The notes below the pieces were generated by a model that did no database searches, was not told the origin of the DNA, and saw nothing but the letters and a program-made list of their open reading frames with translations. A program made the translations under genes and the position numbers. Positions 62,735-64,000 of a DNA stretch of 64,000 bases are shown piece after piece. The stretch is from positions 64,001 to 128,000 of the forward strand of contig CAWAGQ010000013.1 of the NCBI GenBank assembly GCA_963781585.1. The letters run 5' to 3'. The DNA is from an uncultured Gemmatimonadaceae bacterium. GTDB lineage: Bacteria > Gemmatimonadota > Gemmatimonadetes > Gemmatimonadales > Gemmatimonadaceae. The number at the start of each line of letters is the position of its first letter. Within the stretch, counting starts at the first letter, position 1.

Positions 62735-64000
62735 CAGGGTGCTGAAAAAGGGTGGAAAACTTGCTGTTGCAGAACGGGAGAGCGATGCCTAACGTGGCGC
62801 GACCCCAATGGAGAGTCCCCGGTATGCGCGGCGAGAGCCCCCAGCAGACGATTCTGTTCAGCTATCGCTCGGTCGAGGACCGGATCCCGGTCGACCACCC
62901 CTTGCGCGTGATCCGCCAGCTCGTGGAACCCGTGCTGCGCGAGCTGTCCCCCCAATTTGACGTGCTGTACGCCAAGATCGGGCGGCCGTCGATTCCGCCG
63001 GAGCACTTGCTGCGGGCGCTCCTCCTCCAGGTGCTGTACACGCTCCGGAGCGAACGGCGCCTCATGGAGGAACTCGACTACAATCTCCTCTATCGCTGGT
63101 TCGTGGGACTGAATCCCGACGAGCCCGTGTGGGTGCCGACCGTGTTCACGAAGAACCGGGAGCGGCTCCTGGAGGGGGACATCGCGCACGCGTTCTTCGC
63201 GGCGGTCCAGCGGCAGGCCGAGGTGCGGCAGTTGCTCTCGCACGAGCACTTCACGGTGGATGGCACGCTCCTCGAAGCTTGGGCGAGCCAGAAGAGCTTT
63301 CGCCCGATCACCGAGGGGGGCGACGGACCCCAGGGGCCCACCCCACCGGCGGAGGCGGATGCCGCGAGTCGGCCGAAGAATCCGACGGTGAATTTCCGGG
63401 GGGAGAAGCGGTCGAATGCGACGCATCGGTCGAGGACGGATCCCGACGCGCGGCTGGCCCGGAAGAGCCGAAACACCGCCGCGATTCTCGGCTACCTGGC
63501 GAGTGTGATCATCGATAATCGCCACGGCTTGGTGGTGGCGACCGATGTGCGCGCGCCGGGCGGGCATGCGGAGGAGGAGGCCGGGCTCGAGATGCTGACC
63601 ACGCTGGAAAGCCACCGGCCGCACCGGACCCTCGGGGCCGACAAGGGCTACGATACCGAATCGTTCGTCACCGGGGCGCGGGACGCGGGGGTGACGCCCC
63701 ATGTCAGTCAGAACATTCACCCCCGCCGGCTTCGCAGCGCCATTGACGCGCGGACGACCCGCCACTCGGGCTACGAGATCAGTCAGCGCAAACGGAAACT
63801 GGTGGAGCAAGGCTTTGGCTGGGACAAAACCGTGGGCTTGCTGCGCAAACTCCGGCATCGCGGTCGCGAGAAGGTCGGCTGGATCTTCACGTTCACCAAT
63901 GCCACCTACAATCTGGTGCGGATCCGCACCCTGATCCGGGCCGGCGTATGCCCCTAACGTCGACCAGCGCGCGGAATCGCCGCCGCGATCGCGCAAAGGG
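62735..64000 (+). mobile_element. IS5-family insertion sequence (right end beyond window)
   Basis: Left end CAGGGTGCTGAAAAA preceded by TTAG; intact transposase. Confidence 0.85.
62824..63957 (+). CDS. IS5-family DDE transposase
   Basis: DHPLR, GRPSIPPE, YNLLYRWFVGL, VDGT, TDPDARL, ADKGYD, RKLVEQGFGW.K. Confidence 0.95.
   Translation: MRGESPQQTILFSYRSVEDRIPVDHPLRVIRQLVEPVLRELSPQFDVLYAKIGRPSIPPEHLLRALLLQVLYTLRSERRLMEELDYNLLYRWFVGLNPDEPVWVPTVFTKNRERLLEGDIAHAFFAAVQRQAEVRQLLSHEHFTVDGTLLEAWASQKSFRPITEGGDGPQGPTPPAEADAASRPKNPTVNFRGEKRSNATHRSRTDPDARLARKSRNTAAILGYLASVIIDNRHGLVVATDVRAPGGHAEEEAGLEMLTTLESHRPHRTLGADKGYDTESFVTGARDAGVTPHVSQNIHPRRLRSAIDARTTRHSGYEISQRKRKLVEQGFGWDKTVGLLRKLRHRGREKVGWIFTFTNATYNLVRIRTLIRAGVCP

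Larger units (their letters stand above)
51578..64000. mobile_element. Integrated phage-satellite-like element at tRNA-Leu(TAG); right end not reached in window
   Basis: Begins at a split tRNA; integrase, primase-helicase, iterons, HTH, terminase, cargo genes. Confidence 0.85.

Overview
GC-rich bacterial chromosome segment; the gene content and order suggest Gemmatimonadota (inference). Bases 1 to ~51.5 kb are core backbone: a peptidoglycan-remodelling cluster (two L,D-transpeptidase-like and two M15 peptidase genes), guaB, an APC permease, nrnA, apbC, an ECF sigma/anti-sigma unit, menaquinone genes (menG-ubiD-ubiA-ubiX), mutM, purD, glmM-glmS, dtd-maf, LPS genes, an FHA-GAF-cyclase, trpE, a PilB/GspE-receiver fusion, engB-lon-clpX-clpP-tig, and a crtB-cruF-crtI carotenoid cassette. 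From ~51.58 kb to the window end lies an element integrated in the anticodon loop of a tRNA-Leu(TAG). Only the 3' half of that tRNA remains here, and the element carries a complete tRNA-Leu(TAG) of different sequence 19 bp inside its end. The element encodes a tyrosine integrase, a primase-polymerase/AAA helicase followed by an iteron-type origin, several small unknown ORFs, an HTH protein, a TerS-like protein and a terminase large subunit. No capsid or portal gene is recognisable, so it looks like a phage satellite. Convergent DUF4238 and ART-like cargo genes and an IS5 follow. Separately, the non-palindromic octamer CGTTAGGC/GCCTAACG is strongly over-represented across the window (20 perfect copies counted by eye), occurs in different reading frames, and forces rare codons.
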